From Macrostomum hystrix (Eukaryota; Animalia; Platyhelminthes), in the NCBI GenBank assembly GCA_950097015.1, contig CATNEN010000034.1, positions 5,704,001 to 5,768,000 of the forward strand: a stretch of 64,000 nucleotides of DNA. The letters are read 5' to 3'. Numbering within the stretch: position 1 is the first letter of the stretch; each line of letters starts with the position of its first letter. The position numbers and the translations under genes are program-made. The notes below the pieces were generated by a model. That model was given only the letters and a program-made list of their open reading frames with translations, made no database searches and was not told the DNA's origin. Shown one piece after another: positions 1 through 12,209 of the stretch.

Positions 1-31
1 CTATATCTCAAACAGCTTTACTCAACGGGTG

Positions 32-292
32 CTATTTCTCATCGCACCTGCCTATGAACATGCTGGCGGATCTGGGCCAATAGCAGGTGAGATTGGCACA
101 GCACTCGGTGTCAAAATAGCAGGCCATCTCGCGGCTTTGACAGCTGATTCCAGGCTTGACGCATGCCAGTGTGGGCTCGGGTTGACAGGCAAGCAGCAGA
201 AAAGCGGAGAATAGCACAGTCAGCACTGGAAGGAGGCTTGACTGTATACTTACTGATTGTCCCAAATGTACCGGAGGCAGAGCTGCAGTCAT
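32..292 (-). CDS. Small secreted cysteine-rich peptide, inhibitor-cystine-knot (knottin)-like
   Basis: 86-aa ORF (ATG 292, TAG 32). Hydrophobic signal-like stretch LLPVLTVLFSAFLLLA, then C-x6-C-x5-CC-x4-C-x12-C spacing (CQSREMAC YFDTE CC ANLT C YWPRSASMFIGR C), the classic ICK pattern, plus one extra upstream Cys. Confidence 0.55.
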   Translation of the reverse strand: MTAALPPVHLGQSVSIQSSLLPVLTVLFSAFLLLACQPEPTLACVKPGISCQSREMACYFDTECCANLTCYWPRSASMFIGRCDEK

Positions 293-481
293 GGCTCATT
301 CAGCTGGCTGGCTTCCTAATCTGAACTATTTTTAATTGAATAAGATTTTATATATTGAAGTCCATCACTAACGCATTTCGTTGAGAACTTTGAGCTAGGG
401 TTAGGCCATAGACTAGGAGCCAGCTACCAAGTACTAATGCGGGCCAAAGATCGAAGCCGAAATACGACAGCAGGCTTGATT

Positions 482-549
482 GACAGTGGAGAGATGAGAC
501 ACGCGAGAGATGAGACACGTGAGAGTTGAGACAGTGGAGATATGAGATA
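482..549 (-). repeat. About 4 degenerate copies of the 16-bp CTCTCCCGTGTCTCAT repeat, inverted relative to the 4731-5610 array
   Basis: gagatgagacacgcgagagatgagacacgtgagag is the reverse complement of the 16-bp unit. Confidence 0.75.
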
Positions 550-680
550 GGGCTGTTAGTATTTGAAGGGGCCTGTAGTGGTTCGGATTCGGTAGCTTTT
601 GACCGACCCAGCCATCAACGAAATAAATCGGAAAGTCATGTGACATTCTATGAATTAGCTGTGCAGCAGAAGCCGTCGCT

Positions 681-1075
681 AGAATCTCCACAGGATTCCT
701 AGTTAGAATCACCACAGGATTCCTAGTTAGAATCGCCACAGGATTCCTAGTTAGAATCTCCACAGGATTCCTAGTTAGAATCACCACAGGATTCGTAGTT
801 AGAATCGCCACAGGATTCGTAGTTAGAATCGCCACAGGATTCGCAGTTAGAATCGCCACAGGATTCGCAGTTAGAATCGCCACAGGATTCGCATTTAGAA
901 TCGCCACAGGATTCGTATTTAGAATCGCCACAGGATTCGCACCTGGAATTGCCACAGAATTCGCAGTTTGAATCGCCATAGGATTCGCAGTTAGAATCGC
1001 CACAGGATTCGTATTTAGAATCGCCACAGGATTCTTATCTGGAATCGCCGTTGCTAGAATCGCAGCAGAATCGAA
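681..1075. repeat. 24-bp minisatellite AGAATCGCCACAGGATTCGCAGTT, about 16 copies
   Basis: Direct tandem repetition; explains ORF 434..1123. Confidence 0.95.
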
Positions 1076-1321
1076 ATAAAACCTTGCAGGTTTAACGATA
1101 AATGGAATTTGCCAGAGCAACACCTACGAGCTACTATGAGTAGCTTCACTCAGCAGTTGAAAAAGCTTCACCAATAGGGTCACGGGCACTGACTGGACAG
1201 GGCAAATATAGCGGACACAGCGAATGAACTTCAACTGGAGAGCAACATTTTTGCACAGATAAAAAAAGAGAATTCACAAGGCTTCTTGTGGTGCTTAGGA
1301 AAGGGAAAGTTTGTTTTCTAG

Positions 1322-1576
1322 CGTCCTCCTTAGCAAAGGCTGTCGAAAAAGGAAAGAAGTTGTCTACGGAAGTCAAAACACCTGCGAAAGGTAAGCGATA
1401 ACATGTTTCCTAGAATTCCCACGAATATCCAGCTACAGAAGTTTCTCTTTCCTCTAGAAGGAGCAGCTGGGACCTGTACAGCTGAGACTGGGATATTTGA
1501 GAGCGGGCCGAGAATTCCCCGGCCCCGGCCGCTAAAGCCATCGATATTTTCTTTCTGGAACTGTGTTTGCCTATAG
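1322..1576 (+). CDS. Candidate last two exons (1322-1390, 1458-1576) of a gene entering from upstream, ending in a CaaX-like CVCL
   Basis: Strong splice signals (tttgttttctag|, AG|gtaagc, tttctctttcctctag|), 67-nt intron, phase-consistent reading SSLAKAVEKGKKLSTEVKTPAKEGAAG...SIFSFWNCVCL-stop. No homology recognised. Confidence 0.3.
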
Positions 1577-1738
1577 AGACTGAAGAGGGGGAGGCCCATA
1601 TAGGTAAACATTGGTTCTGCCGAACTTTCATTTCGGTGCGTCAGGGCCTTACGGCAAACCGCGCTGATATTCAATCAATTCAATGTCAAACATCATTCAG
1701 TTTCTGCTCAGAACAGTTTAACACGAATTAGCACGAAC

Positions 1739-2762
1739 TTCTCTTCTCTCCCGTTTCTTCTCTTCTCTTCTCTTCTCTTCTCTTCTCTTCTCTTCTCTTC
1801 TCTTCTCTTCTCTTCTCTTCTCTTCTCTTCTCTTCTCTTCTCTTCTCTTCTCTTCTCTTCTCTTCTCTTCTCTTCTCTTCTCTTCTCTTCTCTTCTCTTC
1901 TCTTCTCTTCTCTTCTCTTCTCTTCTCTTCTCTTCTCTTCTCTTCTCTTCTCTTCTCTTCTCTTCTCTTCTCTTCTCTTCTCTTCTCTTCTCTTCTCTTC
2001 TCTTCTCTTCTCTTCTCTTCTCTTCTCTTCTCTTCTCTTCTCTTCTCTTCTCTTCTCTTCTCTTCTCTTCTCTTCTCTTCTCTTCTCTTCTCTTCTCTTC
2101 TCTTCTCTTCTCTTCTCTTCTCTTCTCTTCTCTTCTCTTCTCTTCTCTCCCCCTCTCTTCTCTTCTCTCCCCTTCCCTTCTCTCCTCTTCTCTTCTCTTC
2201 TCTTCTCTTCTCTTCTCTTCTTTTCCCGTATCTCCCCTTCTCTTCTCTTCTCTTCTCTTCTCTTCTCTTCTCTTCTCTTCTCTTCTCTTCTCTTCTCTTC
2301 TCTTCTCTTCTCTTCTCTTCTCTTCTCTTCTCTTCTCTTCTCTTCTCTTCTCTTCTCTTCTCTTCTCTTCTCTTCTCTTCTCTTCTCTTCTCTTCTCTTC
2401 TCTTCTCTTCTCTTCTCTTCTCTTCTCTTCTCTTCTCTTCTCTTCTCTTCTCTTCTCTTCTCTTCTCTTCTCTTCTCTTCTCTTCTCTTCTCTTCTCTTC
2501 TCTTCTCTTCTCTTCTCTTCTCTTCTCTTCTCTTCTCTTCTCTTCTCTTCTCTTCTCTTCTCTTCTCTTCTCTTCTCTTCTCTTCTCTTCTCTTCTCTTC
2601 TCTTCTCTTCTCTCCCGTTTCTTCTCTTCTCTTCTCTTCTCTTCTCTTCTCTTCTCTTCTCTTCTCTTCTCTTCTCTTCTCTTCTCTTCTCTTCTCTTCT
2701 CTTCTCTTCTCTTCTCTTCTCTTCTCTTCCCTTATCTCCCCTTTCCTTCTCTTCTCTTCTCT
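1739..2762. repeat. (TCTTC)n pentanucleotide microsatellite, about 1 kb, polypyrimidine/polypurine
   Basis: Near-pure TCTTC repeats with a few interruptions; explains the EKRRE ORF 1728..2783. Confidence 0.99.
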
Positions 2763-3216
2763 GCCTATATTAGTCAATAACAAGCTCTCGCTATATTTTC
2801 TGTACGGGAAACTTCAATTTAGACACTTGGCAAAGAGACTGGAATTGAATTCAGTAAGGAAGGATAACTGCAGGAATGTGGGATTGAGAAAAATCTATGC
2901 GCCGAAATCAGCAATGTCCCTAGTGCAGTGTTTTGATTTCATTTTTTATCAATCTAAGAATCAACTATGTATGAAAGCCGTATTTATTCATCTTGGTTTA
3001 AAGCGACAAAAAGTGCATGTGCACTTTTAGGTACAGATATTTTTTAATTAGAGTCGCAACTTATGATTCCTTGACAAATTTTTGCGCAAACAAACCACTG
3101 ATGCTTTCGATGACAGGTGAAGATGAAGAGACAAGAGGTCACTGCATTGACTTGGCCATGCAAAACAAAAACTTTCTACTGCTAGATTGACTTTATCAGA
3201 CTAGTGGTTATTGTTG

Positions 3217-4069
3217 TGTGAGAATGGATTAGAGTAGATAGCAGGGTGTGAGAATGGATTAGAGTAGATAGCAGGATGCGAGAATGGATTAGAGTAGATA
3301 GCAGGGATGTGAGAATGGATTAGAGTGGATAGCAGGGTGTGATAATGGATTAGAGTAGATAGCAGGGTGTGAGAATGGATTAGAGTAGATAGCAGGGTGT
3401 GAGAATGGATTAGAGTAGATAGCAGGGTGTGATAATGGATTAGAGTAGACAGCAGGGTGTGAGAATGGATTAGAGTAGATAGCAGGGTGTGAGAATGGAT
3501 TAGAGTAGATAGCAGGGTGTGATAATGGATTAGAGTAGATAGCAGGGTGTGATAATGGATTAGAGTAGATAGCAGGGTGTGATAATGGATTAGAGTAGAT
3601 AGCAGGGTGTGATAATGGATTAAAGTAGATAGCAGGGTGTGAGAATGGATTAGAGTAGACAGCAGGGTATGAGAATAGATTAGAGTAGACAGCAGGGTAT
3701 GAGAATGGATTAGAGTAGACAGCAGGGTATGAGAATGGATTAGAGTAGACAGCAGGGTATGAGAATGGATTAGAGTAGACAGCAGGGTATGAGAATGGAT
3801 TAGAGTAGACAGCAGGGTATGAGAATGGATTAGAGTAGACAGCAGGGTATGAGAATGGATTAGAGTAGACAGCAGGGTGTGATAATGGATTAGAGTAGAT
3901 AGCAGGGTGTGAGAATGGATTAGAGTAGACAGCAGGGTGTGATAATGGATTAGAGTAGATAGCAGGGTGTGAGAATGGATTAGAGTAGACAGCAGGGTAT
4001 GAGAATGGATTAGAGTAGACAGCAGGGTATGAGAATGGATTAGAGTAGACAGCAGGGTATGAGAATGGA
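3217..4069. repeat. 30-bp minisatellite GAGAATGGATTAGAGTAGATAGCAGGGTGT, about 28 copies
   Basis: Direct tandem repetition with T/C, G/T and G/A variants in blocks. Confidence 0.97.
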
Positions 4070-4730
4070 CCCTAGCGATGATTGAAGGTCATCGGATGAT
4101 CGATCGGTCATCGATGATTGAAGGATTTTAAAACGAAATTGTATTTTTAGTAAAGCAAATTTGTTTTAAAAAATGACATTTCTACGTGCTTTTTAAAGCA
4201 GCGATTCAAGACTTCGCAATCGTGCGAGAGCACAATAATGCAGTGGGACTTTTTCACCCATTTAATTAGTCTAATGGGTCTGAGATTTTATCATTTTTTC
4301 CTACTATCCAGATTGTCCTGTTGATTATTTTTGATCCCAGTTATGCATAGGTGAGACACGCCAGATCCTATCTCTCTTTTCATAAAATCCCAAATCACAA
4401 GCTGTGTCGCGACTCACTCATGTAAAATCTAATCTAAACCAGGAATTTCTCTCTAAACGTAAAGTTCAAATAGGTCACTCTTATTCTTAGATCTACCAGA
4501 CCTCTCTCTGCAAGACATTTCAGCTTAATTTAAACCAAGGATTTGGTCATAATCCTCAAATAATCGATTGGAATTGAAAGTCAGGGAAATCCTCAACGGC
4601 AAAAGAGGGAGTTTTAGTGAGTCATTCGTTTAGGGCGGCCGGCGGTTGGGCAAACTCGAAGGTAAACTTGGCCTGCGAAAAATCCTGCGAAATGGCCTAT
4701 TGACACAAATTTTCAATTGTCCAATCTCTA

Positions 4731-5610
4731 CATTGTATCATCATCTCTCCATTGTATCATCTCTCCATTGTATCATCTCTCCATTGTATCATCTCTCCAT
4801 TGTATCATCTCTCCATTGTATCATCTCTCCATTGTATCATCTCTCCATTGTACCATCTCTCCCCTGTCTCATCTCTCCTGTGTCTCATCTCTCCCGTGTC
4901 TCATCTCTCCCGTGTCTCATCTCTCCCGTGTCTCATCTCTCCCGTGTCTCATCTCTCCCGTGTCTCATCTCTCCCGTGTCTCATCTCTCCCGTGTCTCAT
5001 CTCTCCCGTGTCTCATCTCTCCCGTGTCTCATCTCTCCCGTGTCTCATCTCTCCCGTGTCTCATCTCTCTATTGTATCATCTCTCCACTGTCTCGTCTCT
5101 CCACTGTATCATCTCTCCCGTGTCTCATCTCTTCAGTGTCTGATCTCTCTAATGGTTCATCTCTCCACTGTCTCATCTCTCCCGTGTCTCATCTCTCCCC
5201 TGTCTCATCTCTCCCGTGTCTCATCTCTCCCCTGTCTCATCTCTCCTGTGTCTCATCTCTCCCGTGTCTCATCTCTCCCGTGTCTCATCTCTCCCGTGTC
5301 TCATCTCTCCCGTGTCTCATCTGTCCCGTGTCTCATCTCTCCCATGTCTCATCTCTCCCGTGTCTCATCTCTCCCGTGTCTCATCTCTCCCGTGTCTCAT
5401 CTCTCCCGTGTCTCATCTCTCCCGTGTCTCATCTCTCCCGTGTCTCATCTCTCCCGTGTCTCATCTCTCTATTGTATCATCTCTCCACTGTCTCGTCTCT
5501 CCACTGTATCATCTCTCCCGTGTCTCATCTCTTCAGTGTCTGATCTCTCTAATGGTTCATCTCTCCACTGTCTCATCTCTCCCGTGTCTCACCTCATTCA
5601 TGTCTCATCT
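4731..5610. repeat. 16-bp minisatellite CTCTCCCGTGTCTCAT (5' variant CTCTCCATTGTATCAT)
   Basis: 16-bp period, seen as a 16-aa period in the overlapping ORFs 4646-5710; ends just before the acceptor at 5620. Confidence 0.96.
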
Positions 5611-5633
5611 CAGATTTCAGGTCTTATCAAAGC

Positions 5634-8600
5634 ATGCATTTGCAACTTCCGCTACTGCTGCTTCTGCTGGCCCTGGTCTCGGTGAGCCGGGCTGCTCGGA
5701 GCTCCGCTGAGAACACGTGAGTATAGTAGATAAAGCTGTTCTCAAAATGTTCTATCTTATATTATCCATGTTTGTTTTTTGGCTTCTGCAGAAAACGGAT
5801 AATTGACAGGATTCTAAAGAACTACACTAGACAGAACAGCCCGAATGGAGGTAATCTTAGCTAGTTTATTTATTGATAACATTTTCGGATAAGATAAGAT
5901 TTTCTCCATAATTAATTCTATAAAAAATCTACAAATTTCAGACTCCACAACAAATGTTTACATTGGCATCTACATTATCGGATTCTATTCCATTAGTGAG
6001 GCCACCATGGTGAGCATATTGCATCTACTAATTTACTCTAGACAGTTCTCGAGAACCGCTACGCCACTCACCCCAAGACATTGATCGATTTGGTTGAATC
6101 CTAAGGGTAAGATTCGAACTTCAGACCTCACGGTCAAGATTCCGTGAGAACTCTAAGCTCAACTCTATATTGACTCTTCTGATTCTGCTATTTACTCACA
6201 GCTCTGCATGATATGTATGTCTAGCCTAATAACCTCTTACTGACAAGGCTCTCCGAACTGCATGTACTTCATAACCCAATCCCAAGCACCCAAGCAGGCG
6301 ATTGAGTTTCATATGTAACTCTGATCTGCTGTAGCAGGCAAACTCTAATTTTTCAGTTTATACAGCGTTGATATTGGAGATGGACAAGTTGGTTAAATGA
6401 TTCCCTACTAGTTTAGACTGGTTGTACAGATTATCGAGAAAAATAGCATATCACTTTTCCAACCGGACCTGGTATTTCATATTATTTTTTCTAGTTAGTA
6501 CGAGTATTTAGGCCGAGAAATAGCAGCAATTTACATGAAAAACATTATAAATACTCGTAACTTGAATATTTGTTCACTAGTACTAGCACAGATGCTTCCT
6601 ATAAAAAAATATTTGTTTCTAAGGTTACTTCACGCAAATGCGCAGCAACAGACCTTCAATAACTGCTTGGAGGGGTGTACCTGACAATTCCTGCTTAACT
6701 TCTACAGGACTATTCCTTGACAATCTACTTGCGCCAGCAGTGGACAGACCCGCGCTTGAGATTCAACAGCAGCTTGGTTGGCGGCAAGACGAAGATTAAA
6801 CTCGAGGACAAAATCTGGGAGAAGATCTGGGTGCCGGATGTGTTCCTCAGGTGAAGTCATTATCCCATTGCTGTTTCTGGTGTTGTTATAATATAATAAT
6901 AATAATTGCAGGAGGGCTGCGGGCAATGGCACATCATTTAGTGACACTAGACCCCAGCCAGCGAGGAGGCAATTCTGCCCATTTCGCTGACTCCTGAGCA
7001 CACACGCACACAGATACTTTACGCAGGCACACACTCACGCAGGCGTGTACATCTGCCCTGACTTTCTCATCGTCAGGCAGTGTACACTCTCACTTTGTCT
7101 TGGAGGTTGGCCCTCAAGGGCGTAAATTGCACGACAAGCCCTCAAGCCTTCTCTCCGCGGACGCTGGTTGTAGCACAACATGGAACATAGTCATATAGTC
7201 GTGTAGTACAGGGGGGGGAACAAAAGTAAATAAAACGAAGCGATTGGAAAATTCTTGAGAGAGTGGAGAATGAAGAATAGAGACTACTCAACGGTGGTAT
7301 GGGACCAAAAGTGAGCTCAAAGGACCAGATGAAACAGGCTGCTTCGAGTTGGTCAGGGAGAATAAAAATCAATTTGTAGGCATCGATTTATTGGGCTCAG
7401 AGCAGCTCGGGCTCAGGAGTCTGGGTTGAATGGCAGCTGCAGACACTGTCCTACGCCGAGTTCGGTTTTGAGTTGTTTTTCTCCAGCAGGGACCGGAAGA
7501 TAGGCACCCCTCTTGTGTGCTCCTGGTTTTGCCACGATCTTTCCGAGGCCCTAGCTACCCCATGTGTGTAAGACGTGACAAGCGGCATTTAATATTCGAT
7601 CGCCAGTTCCATCTTGTCCAGCTGGCCGAGACCCCGACGGCTCAGGATGAACGAGAATCGCTGGTTAATATGCTTGCGCCGTAGTTGACATATAGTCAAT
7701 GGGAGGACTTTTATTGCCAATCTATGATAGTAAGGAAGCTGTCGATTTATAGGACCAACCCGATAGACGCAAAGGACGACCTGTCCTGTCAGAACTGATA
7801 AGTTGTGAATGATATGTAAAATTAAATTATTTATAATTCATCATTTTTCGGCTGAACGGCGTTCACTTTAATTGTCGATAAGCAGGAAAATTTTTAATTA
7901 CGCAGTCTTAATCTGGCTATTTGAAACGATTGATCTTAATTCACATTAGGAACAGATCTTTCTTACGCGCGTAATTATCTACGATTTGTGTTATCCAACA
8001 TTTTCGACTCGCAGAAACGAGAAGAAAGCTGACTTTCATTCAGTGACAATTCCCAATCGTTTCATGAATCTGCAGAGCGATGGCCAAATCTGGTATGTAA
8101 TCAAGTAAGTCGCCATGAAGTTTTTGGTCAACACTGTTTTAACACACAATCAAGGCCACATGTCTTAACCTGGGTCAAAATCCCGTGCGGTTATAGTCTG
8201 CTATTACTAAATATAGTAATAAGTTAGCATTGTAGGTTTTGCACAATCAGAGCAAGGAGAAACAGCTGGACCCTGGCCTAAACCGATTATAGCCTGTGTA
8301 CTGTCTGAAGCCGACACACGACCAGCTGTGCTATACCTTTCCTTCCCGCAGACTGTCCGTCACCCTGTCCTGCGAGATGGACTTGAAGAAGTATCCGCTT
8401 GACACCCAGATGTGCCCCATGATGTTTGAGAGCTGTGAGTGGCAGAGACTAGCTTGTTTCTGTGCTAGCAACTGTCGTGCTTTTGTTTAAATTTAAAGGA
8501 TATTTTTTCGATAGTTTGTCGAATCCATTTTCCAATATCGAAATCGCTACAATATTTTTAATCGCTTAACAGTAGAAAGACGACATTTTTCCCCTGTGGA

Positions 8601-10372
8601 TAGACCATGGGGTATTTCAAATACTCACTGCCTACTTCACGACAGCTCCCGAACCGAATGGTCACTCTCGTGAAAGTCCACCAAATGGATCGAAATTTTC
8701 CGCCCTTTACGACCAACTAACTTTCAAAGGCGTCCGACGTCAACATCGTCGAGTTATTCAGCGATTCTTGTCGAATCGAAGATGTTTTGTGGTTCTCGAA
8801 GTTGTTTCATCTGATAGAGCGGATAATTTTAGTCAGTGTTCTGGAATTTCATTCCGATTGGTTGAATATTAAAGGAGATACAGAAAAAAATTCGTATGTA
8901 TTTGTATTTTATATGTGAAGGTCTTTCTACTCTTAACCATTTTAACCAATCAGTTGGCCACACCATGGACACCGTGGCATTCTATTGGCTGCAGCCGCCT
9001 AGGCGACCAGACGACAGACCGGACGACCTCACCATGCCGCAGTTTGATCTGCGCAAAATTCATCTGAAATCATGCGGCCTGAACTACACCACCGGCGCCT
9101 ATCCCTGTCTGCAGATGACCTTCGAATTGAAGCGCGATTTCGGCTACTTTCTCATTCAGGTGTCTGCTGATATTCTCCAAATAAACTACTTTTTATACTT
9201 TACTGACTACTCGCAAGTAGAAATCTCAGCGCATTTTTGCCAACTTATGATTATTTTTATTCTACGCGATACGCAGATCTACATACCGACCATGCTGATT
9301 GTGATTCTGAGCTGGTTTGCATTCTGGCTGAACATCGACGCGGTGCCCGCCCGAGTTAGTCTGGGTTTGCTGACTGGTGAGTAGGGGTTGGTCATCGTGA
9401 GTCCTTCTTGCCACTGCTGCTCTAAGGCTCTTGATGTGTCGGTTGCGTTTCTGTATCACACCCGATTGCTGCTGACCCATGAGCACACACGCACACTGAT
9501 TCGTATACAGGCTTGCTGATCATATACTGCTCACATACTGCTCACATACTGCTCACATACTGCTCACATACTGCTCACATACTGCTCACATGCTGCTCAC
9601 ATACTGCTCACATACTGCTCACATACTGCTCACATACTGCTCACATACTGCTCACATACTGCTCACATACTGCTCACATACTGCTCACATACTGCTCGTC
9701 AGGCCTTGACGATTGTAGTAAACTGAATCTGGCTCGAACTAAACAATTCCAGTTTTGACCATCACAACCCAAGCGTCTGGCTCGAAGTCTTCCCTGCCGA
9801 AGGTGTCCTACATAAAGGCCATCGACGTCTGGATGAGCGCCTGCCTGGGCTTTGTGTTCGCCTCCCTGCTGGAATTCGCCATCGTGAATGTGTACAGTCG
9901 GCAAGGCGGCACAGGCGCAGGCGGTAGCGGAGGCCGTGGCCGCGTCAAACGGTCTAGCGCAACAAAGACGGGCGAGACAAAGAAGACTGCTAGAAAGTCG
10001 GCTGGCCCAGCTGCGGCGTCCCGACGACGCTTCCGCGGTCCTTGGAGCAGCGGCTGCAGCGGAGCGACAGGCAGCGCTAGCGGCGGCGTCGCCGGGGCTG
10101 GCGGCATCGGCAGCCGGAGCGACTCGCCAGTATTCGTGAGAGAACCGGCCGCTACTGCCGCCTTGGCGGCCGCTCCCGTTGCCACCGTATCTCATACCTC
10201 TCTGAATGTTGAGCCGCCACCGCCGCCACCGCCTCCGGCGCCGCAGCCGCCGACGCAGCCGCAGTTGCCGTCGATTGCAAAGCGCATTGACAAGTTCTCG
10301 CGGCGATTCTTTCCTCTCAGCTTCCTGCTGTTTAACGTGGTCTACTGGGTTTACTATATGATCATCGCCTGA
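5634..10372 (+). CDS. Cys-loop ligand-gated anion channel subunit (GlyR/GluCl-like), 9 exons, 483 aa
   Basis: Exons 5634-5716, 5792-5850, 5942-6009, 6708-6850, 8015-8104, 8352-8434, 8954-9159, 9277-9376, 9753-10372 are all GT-AG and sum to 1452 nt in frame. Signal peptide [20 protein letters not shown], loop A IWVPDVF, Cys loop [15 protein letters not shown], second Cys pair [12 protein letters not shown], anion-type M2 [21 protein letters not shown]3 IKAIDVW, M4 [10 protein letters not shown]. Confidence 0.95.
6890..7165 (-). mobile_element. Dispersed retroposon-like repeat (family A) with (ATT)n tail, in an intron of the channel gene
   Basis: Similar to 22681-22935, 37726-37919, 40817-40917 and 11868-11910. 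Shared blocks: cagccgcgg head, gtgtacac-ctgcc..ggcag-tgtacac hairpin, gcctcctcgc, tgtcactaaatgatg, cctcctgcaa followed by an ATT-rich tail. Confidence 0.7.
9523..9697. repeat. 11-bp tandem repeat CATACTGCTCA in the M2-splitting intron of channel 1
   Basis: About 16 direct copies. Confidence 0.95.
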
Positions 10373-10565
10373 TCGGAAAATTAAAATCTGCCACACGCTT
10401 AACTGTGTCGTCAGAAAAAAATAAACAAAAGTTTTAACTCCAAAGGAACATTTGACAAACTTTGATTTGCTTTGAAAAGCACGCTAGCTTAGAGAAAATG
10501 CACTTGCTCCTCTTGAAATCTGTAATAAGAAGCCGATAACGCCTGTTCGGTTCATTTAGTTCAAT

Positions 10566-11208
10566 CGGGTCACTCAGTACAGACAGTTCACTTCGGGTCA
10601 CTCACTACAGATAGTTCCATCGGGTCACTCAGTACAGACAGTTCACTTCGGGTCACTCACTACAGATAGTTCCATCGGGTCACTCAGTACAGACAGTTCA
10701 CTTCGGGTCACTCAGTACAGACAGTTCACTTCGGGTCACTCAGTACAGACAGTTCACTTCGGGTCACTCAGTACAGACAGTTCACTTCGGGTCACTCAGT
10801 ACAGACAGTTCACTTCGGGTCACTCAGTACAGACAGTTCCATCGGGTCACCACTACAGACAGTTCACTTCAGGTCACTCAGTACAGGCAGTTCACTTCGG
10901 GTCACTCAGTACAGGCAGTTCACTTCGGGTCACTCACTACAGATAGTTCCATCGGGTCACTCAGTACAGATAGTTCCATCGGGTCACTCAGTACAGACAG
11001 TTCCATCGGGTCACCACTGCAGACAGTTCACTTCGGGTCACTCACTACAGATAGTTCCATCGGGTCACCACTACAGACAGTTCACTTCGGGTCACTCACT
11101 ACAGATAGTTCCATCGGGTCACCACTACAGACAGTTCACTTCGGGTCACTCACTACAGATAGTTCCATCGGGTCACCACTACAGACAGTTCACTTCGGGT
11201 CACTCAGT
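10566..11208. repeat. 27/28-bp minisatellite CGGGTCACTCAGTACAGACAGTTCACTT between the two channel genes
   Basis: About 23 copies, with alternating -CACTT and -CCAT variants. Confidence 0.95.
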
Positions 11209-11867
11209 AAAGTTACTAATTTAGTTCATATGCGTTTAGAAGAAAGTTTAATATATGACCGTAAATGTTAACTTTTCATGGATTTAAAATTTTAGTAGTG
11301 CAAAATATATTGAGTCAGAACCACACATCACAGATTTGTATTATTTCTAAATGCACATTGCACTAAAGTATTCGATTTCAATCGATTTGTTCTCTGGGAT
11401 TTACAACAGCAATAACTACAAAGTACAACAATGTACGCTTTCAAGATGAAAAGAAAGCTAGGGATTCTTTCTCTCGACTGCATTCTAGTACCTAATTCAT
11501 TTGCCTCATGAACCTGGGTCTTCGGGTTAGGGTTGACTTCGGGTAGAACCGTTCTGACATTACTTGCAAAAACATTCTCTGCTCTTGACGACTAGCAGAG
11601 TGAAAAAGTTGAAAGACAGAGTACAGAGAGAAAGAACAGGAGAGAGAGAGTGGCTGCTGTTCCATCTGAAAACGCAGCTTTCACGAAATATCAAGAATAA
11701 TCTTTATTTCCAGTGACTAAGTGTTTAAATGTTCAGCAACTAGAAAATCGACGCCTTTTGTGACTTTTACCACGCAGTGATTCTTCTCTAGAAATTTTCT
11801 AACATCAAATAATCTGCAGGCCTTGGAGGTCTTCGAATACATTTGCCTCAGTGAGTAGCTAAGATTT

Positions 11868-11910
11868 GGGGCGCAGCCGCGGAGAGAAAACTTGGAGGCT
11901 TGTCGCGAAC
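11868..11910 (+). mobile_element. 5' fragment of family A repeat
   Basis: ggggcgcagccgcggagagaaaacttggaggcttgtcg matches the heads of the 22681 and 7165 copies. Confidence 0.5.
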
Positions 11911-12209
11911 AAGAACAGGACAGTCTGAGAAGGTGATAGAGTTAAGTGAGCGAGAGACAACTTCCAACTAATGCACGTTGAGATAAGGTAAATCTATCAT
12001 TTCCCTTTCAGATTGAAAGTGCCAAAGAACTATTCGCAAGTTTGGAGTCAGAATGCAGCAGCGCCACAATGCCCTGTCACTGATTTTGGTCCTGCTGACG
12101 GGTTCCGTGGCACTTTCTGCCGGTCAGCCTGCTCGAAGCTCATTGACATCTTGAGCAACCAATGAACAATTTTAATGAATACCTTTTTTGTCACCAAACA
12201 CCTTCTTGT

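Noticed and set aside
1146-1674. Minus-strand ORFs with RT-like YMGLPL
   Set aside because: No other RT motifs; the plus-strand exon model has better splice support.
1728-2783. 351-aa EKRRE ORF
   Set aside because: Translation of the (TCTTC)n microsatellite.
3217-4069. Telomeric or subtelomeric repeat (TTAGAG resembles TTAGGG)
   Set aside because: Only one hexamer per 30-bp unit and no TTAGGG tract.
4646-5710. Overlapping long Ser/Leu/Cys ORFs
   Set aside because: Open in all frames because a stop-free 16-bp unit repeats; the same applies to ORFs at 434-1123, 9513-9758, 12869-13389, 13778-14372, 15515-16129, 55836-56332 and 59884-60582.
6950-6985. HDV-like ribozyme suggested by GCC-TCCTCGCT-GGC, identical to the HDV P3/L3, in family A and similar in the LINE 3' UTR (about 45760-45775)
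   Set aside because: I could not find a 7-bp P1 followed by GG for P1.1, nor a P2 partner after a CNAA linker, in any copy, and the 37726 copy lacks the motif. An Infernal or RNArobo search would settle it.
7055-7085. Hammerhead-like CTGACGA...GAAA in the family A hairpin (minus strand)
   Set aside because: No stem II or III geometry, and the core is not conserved in the other copies.
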